64,000 bases of DNA, from assembly GCA_965246805.1 (NCBI GenBank), contig CBDFFO010000010.1:181409-245408 (forward strand), written 5' to 3'. Shown here one piece after another: positions 56,221-64,000 of this stretch. The position numbers and the translations under genes are program-made. The notes under the pieces were generated by a model. The model had not been told where the DNA came from, did no database searches, and was given only the letters and a program-made list of their open reading frames with translations. This DNA is from Caldimonas sp. (lineage in GTDB: Bacteria > Pseudomonadota > Gammaproteobacteria > Burkholderiales > Burkholderiaceae_C). Each line of letters opens with the position of its first letter. The stretch's first letter is position 1.

Positions 56221-57105
56221 ATGAGCGCGGTACTTCCTGCGGTCGCTTCGCGGCCGGTCGACCTCGAGGCCGGTCCGTGGCAGCGCGCCTGGCGGCGTCT
56301 GCGTCGGCGGCGTGGCGCGCTCGTCGGTCTGGGGGTCGTGTCGATGTTCATCCTGCTCGCGTTGCTCGCGCCGTGGGCCGCGCTACAGGACCCGATCGCG
56401 ACGAACTGGGGCGCTATCCGCCAGGCACCGAGCGCCGCGCACTGGTTCGGCACCGACGAGATCGGCCGAGACGGCTTCGCGCGCGTGGTGTGGGGCACCC
56501 GCGCGTCGCTGCTCGCGGGCGTGGTGTCGGTCTCGATCTCGCTGCTGCTGGGCGTGCCCATCGGGTTGGCCGCCGGCTTTCTCGGCGGCTGGGTCGACAG
56601 CGTGGTCTCGCGTGTCACCGACGCCTTTCTCGCGTGCCCGTTCCTCATCCTCGCGATCGCCCTCGCCGCGTTTCTCGGGCCGAGCCTCACCAACGCGATG
56701 ATCGCGATCGGCGTCTCGGCCACGCCGATCTTCGTGCGGCTGACACGCGCGCAGGTGCAGGGCCTGATCGTCGAGGACTACATCGAGGCGGCGCGCGCCG
56801 TCGGCAACCCGCCGCTGAGCATCGCGCTGCGCCACGTGCTGCCCAACATCACCGCGCCCCTGATCGTCCAGGCGACACTCGCGATCGCGGCCGCGGTGAT
56901 CGCCGAGGCGAGCCTGTCGTTCCTCGGCCTCGGCCAGCAGCCACCGGCGCCGAGCTGGGGCAGCATGCTCAACACCGCGAAGAACTTCATCGACAGCGCG
57001 CCCTGGATGGCGATTTGGCCCGGCCTCTCGATCTTCCTGCTGGTGCTGTCCTTCAACCTGCTCGGCGACGGCCTGCGCGACGCACTCGACCCACGCCAAC
57101 GCTGA
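56221..57105 (+). CDS. Dpp/Opp ABC permease (DppC-like)
   Basis: FGTDEIGRD, YIEAARAVG, SFLGLG. Confidence 0.92.
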   Translation: MSAVLPAVASRPVDLEAGPWQRAWRRLRRRRGALVGLGVVSMFILLALLAPWAALQDPIATNWGAIRQAPSAAHWFGTDEIGRDGFARVVWGTRASLLAGVVSVSISLLLGVPIGLAAGFLGGWVDSVVSRVTDAFLACPFLILAIALAAFLGPSLTNAMIAIGVSATPIFVRLTRAQVQGLIVEDYIEAARAVGNPPLSIALRHVLPNITAPLIVQATLAIAAAVIAEASLSFLGLGQQPPAPSWGSMLNTAKNFIDSAPWMAIWPGLSIFLLVLSFNLLGDGLRDALDPRQR

Positions 57106-57134
57106 TTCATCATCTCAACCGATTCCACACCGCC

Positions 57135-58754
57135 ATGAACTTCGACTGGAACAACCCGTACCCGACGATCCGCAGCCCGTTGATGGCGCGCAACGTTGTC
57201 GCCACGTCGCAGGCGCTGGCCTCGCAGGCGGGGCTGCGCATGCTGCTGAAGGGCGGCAACGCCGTCGATGCCGCGATCGCCGCGGCCGCCGCGCTGACCA
57301 TCGTCGAGCCGGTCTCGAACGGCCTGGGCAGCGACAACTTCGCGATCCTCTGGGACGGCGAGCAGCTGCACGGCCTCAATTCGTCCGGCGTGGCACCGGC
57401 ATCATGGAACCCGGACTACTTTCGTCGCAAGCACGGCGCCACCATGCCGATGCGCGGTTGGGACACGGTCACCACCCCGGGCGCGGTGGCGGGCTGGGTC
57501 GCGTTGTCGGAACGTTTCGGCAAGCTGCCGTTCGCCGACCTGCTCGAGCCGGCCATCGAGCTGGCCGAGCGTGGCCACGGCGTCGGCCGCGTCGTCTCGG
57601 AAAAGTGGAGCCGCCAGGTGCCGGTGCTGAAAGACCTGCCGGGCTTTGCCGAAGCCTTCATGCCCCGAGGCCGAGCACCCGAGCCGGGCGAGCGATTCGT
57701 TTTCAAGGCAGCCGGCGCGACCTTGCGCCAGATCGCGCTGACCAAGGGCGAAGCCTTCTATCGCGGTGAGATCGCGGCGCAGCTGGTCGCGCATTCGACC
57801 GCGAACGGCGGCAGCATGCAGTCGGCCGACCTCGCGAACTACCGGCCCGAGTGGGTCACGCCGATCCGCAAGGTCTTCGCTGGCCACACCGTGCACGAGA
57901 TCCCGCCGAACGGGCAGGGGATCGCGGCGCTGATGGCGCTCGGCATGCTGGACCGGATCGACCTCGGCCGCTTGCCTATCGACAGCGCCGAGTCGCAGCA
58001 CCTGCAGATCGAGGCGATGAAGCTCGCCTTCGCCGACACCTATCGCTGGGTCGCCGACGAGCGCGCGATGACCGAGGTGACGGCGGCCGATCTGCTGAGC
58101 GACGGCTATCTCGCCGAGCGCGCGAAGCTGTTGACGACGACGAAGGCGACCGACTACGCGCACGGCAGGCCGCCGAGCGGCGGCACGATCTACCTGACCG
58201 CAGCCGACGAGCGCGGCATGATGGTGAGCCTGATCCAGTCGAACTACATGGGCTTCGGCAGCGGCGTGGTCGTGCCAGGCACCGGTGTGAGCCTGCAGAA
58301 CCGCGGCCAGGGCTTCACGCTTGACGACAAGCACCCGAACGTCGTCGCCGGCGGCAAGCGGCCTTTCCACACCATCATTCCCGGCTTCCTCACTCAGCAG
58401 GTGGACGGCAAGATGCAGCCGCGGATGAGCTTCGGCGTGATGGGCGGCAACATGCAGCCGCAAGGCCACCTGCAAACGCTGGTGCGCATGCTCGTGCACC
58501 GGCAGCAGCCGCAGACCGCATGCGATGCACCGCGCTGGAAGGTGGCCGAGGGGCTCGACGTCGACTTCGAGTCGACGATGGCGCCGTCGCTGGTCGCCGA
58601 CCTGATCGCCCTCGGGCATCGTTTCGAAGCCACCGCCGATCCCTACATGGACTACGGCAGCGGGCAGTTCATCTGGAAGCTTTCGAACGACCTGGACGAC
58701 GGCTACGTGGCCGCTAGCGATTCGCGTCGCGACGGGCAGGCCGTGGGCTTCTGA
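57135..58754 (+). CDS. Gamma-glutamyltransferase family (Ntn hydrolase)
   Basis: GGNAVDAA, GLGSDNF, autocleavage Thr in GGTIYL, SLIQSNYMGFGSG, FGVMGG. Confidence 0.92.
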   Translation: MNFDWNNPYPTIRSPLMARNVVATSQALASQAGLRMLLKGGNAVDAAIAAAAALTIVEPVSNGLGSDNFAILWDGEQLHGLNSSGVAPASWNPDYFRRKHGATMPMRGWDTVTTPGAVAGWVALSERFGKLPFADLLEPAIELAERGHGVGRVVSEKWSRQVPVLKDLPGFAEAFMPRGRAPEPGERFVFKAAGATLRQIALTKGEAFYRGEIAAQLVAHSTANGGSMQSADLANYRPEWVTPIRKVFAGHTVHEIPPNGQGIAALMALGMLDRIDLGRLPIDSAESQHLQIEAMKLAFADTYRWVADERAMTEVTAADLLSDGYLAERAKLLTTTKATDYAHGRPPSGGTIYLTAADERGMMVSLIQSNYMGFGSGVVVPGTGVSLQNRGQGFTLDDKHPNVVAGGKRPFHTIIPGFLTQQVDGKMQPRMSFGVMGGNMQPQGHLQTLVRMLVHRQQPQTACDAPRWKVAEGLDVDFESTMAPSLVADLIALGHRFEATADPYMDYGSGQFIWKLSNDLDDGYVAASDSRRDGQAVGF

Positions 58755-58756
58755 AC

Positions 58757-59638
58757 GTGGACACCCACGGTGACGCGCTCTATGGCGAGTTCACCACCGC
58801 GGCCGAGATCGATGCCCAGTACGACCCTGGCCATCTCGTCGCCGACGAAGGCGCGTTTCTTCGGCACTACATCGAGCGCGCCGCGCATGCGAGGTCGCGT
58901 CTGGCCTGCGTGCTCGACGTGCCGTACGGCGCATCGCCCGAAGAAACGCTCGACATCTTTCCGGCGGCACTCGCTCACGCCCCGGTGTTCGTGTTCCTCC
59001 ACGGCGGCTACTGGCGCGCGTTGTCGTCGAAGGAGTTGAGTGGCGTGGCGCTGGGCCTGCAACCCCTCGGCATCACGACGGTGGTGGTCAATTACGCGCT
59101 CTGCCCTCACGTGACGCTCGACGAGGTCACACGGCAGGCGCGCGAGTCGGTCGCGTGGACGCTGCGGAACATCGGCGCACATGGTGGCGATGCGGGACGC
59201 GTCGCGGTTGGCGGCCATTCGGCCGGCGGGCACCTGACGGCGATGTGCCTTGCGACCGACTGGCAGGGTGAATACGGCATCGACGCCGACCCGCTCGCCG
59301 CCGCGCTGCCGGTGAGCGGCATCTACGACATCGAGCCGCTGCGGCACAGTTATCTGCAACCGGTGATCCGGCTCGATGCCGGCCTCGTGGCCCGCAATTC
59401 GCCGCTCTTTCATGTGCGCCGCTCGACAACGCCAGTGCTCGTCACGTATGGTGGTGACGAAAGCGGGGAGTTCGCGCGCCAGGCCGAAAGCTTCGATGCG
59501 GCATGGCGCGGCGTGGGCAACACGTCGACGCTGCTGGCACAGCCCGGATGCAACCATTACACCGCGATCGCCGGCTTCGAGCATTCGCAGAGCGCGCTCT
59601 GTCGATGGCTGGCGCACACGCTTCACGCCGAAATCTGA
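58757..59638 (+). CDS. Alpha/beta hydrolase (arylformamidase-like)
   Basis: FLHGGYW, GHSAGG nucleophile elbow, NHY. Confidence 0.85.
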   Translation: MDTHGDALYGEFTTAAEIDAQYDPGHLVADEGAFLRHYIERAAHARSRLACVLDVPYGASPEETLDIFPAALAHAPVFVFLHGGYWRALSSKELSGVALGLQPLGITTVVVNYALCPHVTLDEVTRQARESVAWTLRNIGAHGGDAGRVAVGGHSAGGHLTAMCLATDWQGEYGIDADPLAAALPVSGIYDIEPLRHSYLQPVIRLDAGLVARNSPLFHVRRSTTPVLVTYGGDESGEFARQAESFDAAWRGVGNTSTLLAQPGCNHYTAIAGFEHSQSALCRWLAHTLHAEI

Positions 59639-59769
59639 ACGGTTCGCCAGCGAACCTCGCGCTCCTGCCGCGGCGGATGCATCGACGCTCCGAATGCCTC
59701 TCAAGCAAGTGGCGTGGCCACTTTGGTTGCTTCCCAGACGGGCGCCGCAGCGCGGCGTCCTTGGCGCGC

Positions 59770-60483
59770 TCAGTATCCCGAGAGCGACGAATCCATCGAG
59801 GTCGCGACCGTCGAGTCGCGCCACGACGCAGGTGCCGGTGTGGCCGTGATGTCGCTCGGCCCGAAGGTGCCGAAAAAATAGGGCGCGCGGCCGGGCGGGG
59901 TGTCGAGCCAGGCATCGAAATCTTCATCGGCGAGCAGCACCGGCGTGCGCTTTCCGTGCGGGTCGGTCTTGCCGGCGGTGCGCCGATTCGTGAAACGCTG
60001 CAGCAGCGGGTGCAGATCGCAGTTCACCGTGAGCATCGCGAAGCTCACGACCTCGCGGCCGTCGGCGCCGACCCAGCGATCCCAGACGCCAGCGATGCTG
60101 AGCGGCGTGCCGTCGGTGCGTTGAACGCTCCAGCGTTCTGCTTCGGTCGCGCCGGCTTCGAGGTAGGGCACGAAGAACGAGCGGGCCGGGACGATGCACC
60201 ACTGCCTCTCCGAGAACGCGGCCTTGGTGCCCGGTTTCGCGGCAGCCGCTTCGGAGCGCAGGTTGACGTTCGTGCCGGCCGACTTCTCGACCTTCGATGT
60301 CGACGACAACAACCCGAAGCGCGCCATCACGACTTCCCGCGGCCCCGCATAACCGGCGATCCGCCGACGAATGATCGGAACGTGGTCACCCGGATAGACC
60401 TCCGGCTGCCACTCGCCCGCGAACGACACGTTCCAGTTGCGAACGAGCTCGCTCGGGCTCGGTGCGAGGTAATTCATCGCCAT
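59770..60483 (-). CDS. SRAP/YedK-family protein lacking the N-terminal catalytic Cys
   Basis: ARFGL, N.RSE...KP, CIVPA.SF, FAMLTVN.D.HPL, KR.PVLL...WL; N-terminus is MAMNY. Confidence 0.8.
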   Translation of the reverse strand: MAMNYLAPSPSELVRNWNVSFAGEWQPEVYPGDHVPIIRRRIAGYAGPREVVMARFGLLSSTSKVEKSAGTNVNLRSEAAAAKPGTKAAFSERQWCIVPARSFFVPYLEAGATEAERWSVQRTDGTPLSIAGVWDRWVGADGREVVSFAMLTVNCDLHPLLQRFTNRRTAGKTDPHGKRTPVLLADEDFDAWLDTPPGRAPYFFGTFGPSDITATPAPASWRDSTVATSMDSSLSGY

Positions 60484-60603
60484 TCGCCCAATGTAGCGTC
60501 GGGCCACAGAACGTGCTGAATCCGATCGCGACCGACGAGTGACTTTGCGCACGCCCGGCCCGCGAATTCGATGCGCGGCCAGGCGCACGCGCATCCGCGC
60601 CTC

Positions 60604-61530
60604 TCAAACCGCGACCGGTGCCTTGATCGCAGCGTGGTGCTGGTAGTCGAGCACCGCGAAATCATCGCAGTCATAGTCGAACAAGGTCGGCGGCCGACGC
60701 GCGATGTCGAGTACCGGATACGCGAAGGGCGTGCGTGAGAGCTGCAGCAACACCTGTTCTTCGTGGTTCGAATAGATGTGGCAATCGCCGCCGGTCCAGA
60801 TGAAGTCGCCGACGTCGAGATCGCACTGCTGCGCGAGCATGTGCGTGAGCAGCGCATAGCTGGCGATGTTGAACGGCACACCGAGAAAGATGTCTGCACT
60901 GCGCTGGTACAGCTGGCAGCTCAGCTGGCCACGGCCGCCATCGTGCCGAGGCGGGGCGACGTAGAACTGGAACAGCGCGTGGCAAGGCTGCAGCGCCATC
61001 TTCGGCAGATCGGCCACGTTCCATGCGCTCACGATGATGCGGCGCGAATCGGGGTTGCCCTTCAATTGCTCGACGACCGCCGAGATCTGGTCGATGTGGG
61101 CGCCCCCGGGCGCGGGCCAGGAGCGCCACTGCACGCCGTAGACGGGACCGAGGTCGCCGTCGGGCGCGGCCCACTCGTTCCAGATCGTCACGTCGCGTTC
61201 CTGCAGCCAGCGCGCGTTGCCGTCGCCACGCAGGAACCACAGCAGCTCGAGGATGACCGAGCGCAGGTGCACCTTCTTGGTCGTGACGAGCGGAAAGCCC
61301 TCGCGCAGGTTGAAGCGCATCTGATGGCCGAACACGCTGCGCGTGCCGGTGCCGGTGCGGTCGGACTTGCGCACGCCGTGTTCGAACACGTGGCGCATGA
61401 AGTCTTCGTATTGCGAGCGAACCGGTCGTTCGGATCGTGCGCCGGCTGTGGGTATGTCGGCCACGTCGGGCGATTCGTGGGTGGCGGTGTGCGAAGTCGG
61501 CACGTCGGCTCCTGGGTGGGCGCCGATCAT
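60604..61530 (-). CDS. thyA: Thymidylate synthase (start uncertain)
   Basis: [30 protein letters not shown]. Confidence 0.97.
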   Translation of the reverse strand: MIGAHPGADVPTSHTATHESPDVADIPTAGARSERPVRSQYEDFMRHVFEHGVRKSDRTGTGTRSVFGHQMRFNLREGFPLVTTKKVHLRSVILELLWFLRGDGNARWLQERDVTIWNEWAAPDGDLGPVYGVQWRSWPAPGGAHIDQISAVVEQLKGNPDSRRIIVSAWNVADLPKMALQPCHALFQFYVAPPRHDGGRGQLSCQLYQRSADIFLGVPFNIASYALLTHMLAQQCDLDVGDFIWTGGDCHIYSNHEEQVLLQLSRTPFAYPVLDIARRPPTLFDYDCDDFAVLDYQHHAAIKAPVAV

Positions 61531-63479
61531 GGTTCGACGCCGTCGACCGAAGCGGCCTGACGCCCGTCGGTCACGAATTGCAAGGCCGCGAGCCGCGCAT
61601 AGAGCCCGCCCGCCTGGACCAGCTCGGCATGCGTACCCACGGCAACGATGCGGCCCGACTCCATCACGACGATGCGATCGGCGCGTTGCACGGTCGCGAG
61701 CCGATGCGCGATCACGAGGGTGGTGCGGCCGGCCATCGCGGCTTCGAGTGCGGCCTGCACCATGCGTTCGCTTTCGGCGTCGAGCGCGCTGGTGGCCTCG
61801 TCGAGCAACAGCAGGGGGGGGTTCTTGAGGATCGCGCGCGCGATGCTGATGCGCTGTCGCTGTCCGCCCGACAGGCGCACACCGCGTTCACCGAGAAACG
61901 TTCGGTAGCCCTCGGGCAAGGCGCAGATGAAGTCGTGCGCGAACGCCGCCCGCGCAGCCGCGACGACCTCGTCGTCGCCTGCGCCTGGTCGGCCGTAGCG
62001 GATGTTCTCCATCGCATCGGCCGAGAAGATCACGCTGTCTTGCGGGACGATGCCGATGCGCGCGCGCAACTCGTCGAGCGCCGCGTCGGCGACCGGCACG
62101 CCATCGATCGCGACCTCGCCCTGCGCGACGTCGTAGAAGCGCATCAGCAGCTGCAGCACGGTGCTCTTGCCCGCGCCGCTCGGGCCGACCAGCGCCACCG
62201 TTTCGCCGGGCTTCACGTCGAGGTCGACGTTCAGCAGGGTTGGATGGTTCGGCCGTGACGGATAGCGGAACGTCACATCGTGCAGACGCACGCTCGCGCC
62301 GCCGACGCGTGCGGTGAGGGCGCGCGGGCGAGCGGGCGAGACGATCGGTGAACGCAGCGCGAGCAGTTCCATCAGCCGCTCGGTCGCGCCGGCAGCGCGC
62401 AGCAGGTCGCCGTACACCTCCGACAACGCGGCGACGCTGCTCACCAAGATGATCACGTAGACCACCGTCTCGCCGAGATGGCCGGCGCTGATCTCGCCGC
62501 GCACCACCGCCTGCGTGCCCTGGTAGAGCCCCCACAGCAACGCGCCGAAGGTCGCGCTGATGATGAAAGCGACCAGCAGCGCACGCAGGCGCGTGCGTTT
62601 GATCGCGGTGCCGAACGCGTTCTCGGTCGACGCGGCGAACCGGCTCGCTTCGCGATCTTCCTGCACGTAGCTCTGCACGACAGGGATCGCGTTCAGCACC
62701 TCGGCCGCGATGGCACTCGAGTCGGCGACCCGGTCCTGGCTCGCGCGCGAGAGCTTGCGAACCCGGCGCCCGAAGTAGAGCGACGGCAGCACCACCAGCA
62801 CCAGGATGCCGAGCACCTGCGTCATCACGCGCGGATTGGTGAAGATCAACATGCCCATCGCGCCGGCGCCCATCACCGCATTGCGCAAGCCCATCGACAG
62901 GCTCGTGCCGACGACGGTCTGCACCAGTGTCGTGTCGGTCGTCAGGCGCGACAACACCTCGCCGGTCTGCGCCCTTTCGAAGAACTCGGGGCTTTGTCGC
63001 ACGACGTGCGAGTAGACGGCGTTGCGCAAGTCGGCCGTCACGCGCTCGCCGAGCCAGCTCACCGTGTAGAAGCGCAGCGCCGAAAAGATGCCGAGCGCGA
63101 CGCCGACCGCGAACAACTGAAAGAAGTGATCGCGCAGGCCGAGCACCCGCGCGCCCGGGTCGGCGGCGATGAAGCCCTGGTCGATCAACGCGCGCAGCGC
63201 GATCGGAAAGAGCAAGGTGCTGGCGGCGGCGAGCACCAGAAACACGATGGCCAGCGCGATGCGCCACCGATACGGTCGCAGAAAGGGAACCAGGCCGCCC
63301 AACGACCGCACGGCGCGCTCCGGCGCCGGTGCGCTCGCCGGCGGCGCGACGATCGACGCGGTGTCGGTCGCGGTGGCGGCTGCGTTGGCGGCTGCGGTGG
63401 CGGCCCCAGGGTCGGCGCGCTGGCGGTCGCGAGCCGCGTCGTCGGCGGCTACAAGGGTTTGGGCAGCAGGGGTCATCAA
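61527..63479 (-). CDS. ABC exporter, fused TMD-NBD (MsbA-like)
   Basis: Six TM helices, [24 protein letters not shown]. Confidence 0.92.
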   Translation of the reverse strand: MMTPAAQTLVAADDAARDRQRADPGAATAAANAAATATDTASIVAPPASAPAPERAVRSLGGLVPFLRPYRWRIALAIVFLVLAAASTLLFPIALRALIDQGFIAADPGARVLGLRDHFFQLFAVGVALGIFSALRFYTVSWLGERVTADLRNAVYSHVVRQSPEFFERAQTGEVLSRLTTDTTLVQTVVGTSLSMGLRNAVMGAGAMGMLIFTNPRVMTQVLGILVLVVLPSLYFGRRVRKLSRASQDRVADSSAIAAEVLNAIPVVQSYVQEDREASRFAASTENAFGTAIKRTRLRALLVAFIISATFGALLWGLYQGTQAVVRGEISAGHLGETVVYVIILVSSVAALSEVYGDLLRAAGATERLMELLALRSPIVSPARPRALTARVGGASVRLHDVTFRYPSRPNHPTLLNVDLDVKPGETVALVGPSGAGKSTVLQLLMRFYDVAQGEVAIDGVPVADAALDELRARIGIVPQDSVIFSADAMENIRYGRPGAGDDEVVAAARAAFAHDFICALPEGYRTFLGERGVRLSGGQRQRISIARAILKNPPLLLLDEATSALDAESERMVQAALEAAMAGRTTLVIAHRLATVQRADRIVVMESGRIVAVGTHAELVQAGGLYARLAALQFVTDGRQAASVDGVEP

Positions 63480-63557
63480 TCGATCTGAACGTTCTTCGAA
63501 GGACGCCGCGCGTCGGCGGCAGTGCGCAGTTTACGGCGAGCCGCGGCAATGATAGCC

Positions 63558-63586
63558 TTGACAATAAATGCCTAGGCATGTATATT
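63558..63586 (+). promoter_or_regulatory. Sigma70 promoter with palindromic operator in the spacer
   Basis: TTGACA (63558)-17 bp-TATATT (63581); ATGCCTAGGCAT palindrome at 63568-63579. Confidence 0.8.
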
Positions 63587-63592
63587 CCGTCG

Positions 63593-64000
63593 ATGGCGCG
63601 CAACATCAGCAATTTCTATCAGTCCGAGGGCTATTGCGCGGAAGAGAGTGTGGGCTTTTTGATGCGCCGCGTGCTGCTCGCGATCTCGCACGCCACCGAA
63701 CAGCGCCTCGAGCCGCACGGCCTCACGCATGCACAGTGGGCGCCGCTTTTCATCCTCTACAAAAGCCAGGCATCGACGGTGGCCGAACTCGCGCGCGAGC
63801 TGCAGAACGACCCGGGCGCGACGACGCGGCTGCTCGATCGGCTCGAAGCGAAAGGCTTGTGCAGGCGTGAGCGCTCGGTCGACGATCGGCGGGTCGTCAG
63901 GCTCGCACTCACCCCGGAGGGCGAGAAGGCCGCGGCCAAGATTCCGGTGGTACTCGCCGAGGTGTTGAACGAGCACCTTGAGGGGTTCACCAAGGCCGAG
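63593..64000 (+). CDS. MarR-family regulator (3' truncated; not in the ORF track because it has no stop in the window)
   Basis: Translated by hand: GLTHAQW...TVAELAREL..DPGATTRLLDRLEAKGL.RR.RS.DDRR...LALTPEG. Confidence 0.92.
   Translation, partial: MARNISNFYQSEGYCAEESVGFLMRRVLLAISHATEQRLEPHGLTHAQWAPLFILYKSQASTVAELARELQNDPGATTRLLDRLEAKGLCRRERSVDDRRVVRLALTPEGEKAAAKIPVVLAEVLNEHLEGFTKAE

Noticed and set aside
60604-63479. N-terminal extensions of ThyA and the ABC exporter as novel domains
   Set aside because: Low-complexity Ala/Pro-rich sequence, most simply explained by start-codon uncertainty.

Overview
High-GC bacterial chromosome segment; gene content and order point to Betaproteobacteria/Burkholderiales (inference). 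1-20.7 kb is core housekeeping: 5'-truncated dnaE, patatin, ComEA-like, rfaD, rfaE1, lapB, lapA, ihfB, rpsA, an aroA-cmk fusion, tyrA, pheA, DUF2059, gyrA, ompA, ubiG, gph. tmRNA (ssrA) follows at 20772-21145. A ~12.2 kb integrative element sits in the ssrA 3' end (about 21132-33352), bounded by an imperfect direct repeat and CCGGGTAAC arm-type repeats at both ends. It has a phage-satellite (PICI/P4-like) backbone: integrase, AlpA, primase Zn finger, AAA helicase with inverted 9-bp iteron arrays, HTH_17 protein, and a DUF5681 TerS-like protein. It has no capsid, portal, tail or lysis genes. Unusually, it carries a podovirus-type ejection/pilot protein with a cupin and an Asp/Asn-hydroxylase-like gene, three paralogous microproteins, a catalytically dead S24-like domain, and a low-GC cargo pair (42-aa Lys-rich peptide plus 3-TM protein). 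Downstream lie a Cus-type heavy-metal RND system and a peptide-scavenging locus (TonB receptor, M28 peptidase, two Dpp/Opp ABC operons, XRE-cupin regulator, GGT, alpha/beta hydrolase) with three sigma54 promoter motifs, an internally deleted DUF1028 remnant and a 4x60-bp coding tandem repeat. The window ends with a SRAP homolog lacking its catalytic Cys2, thyA, an ABC exporter and a 3'-truncated MarR gene. All family assignments come from motif recognition by eye; no database searches were run.
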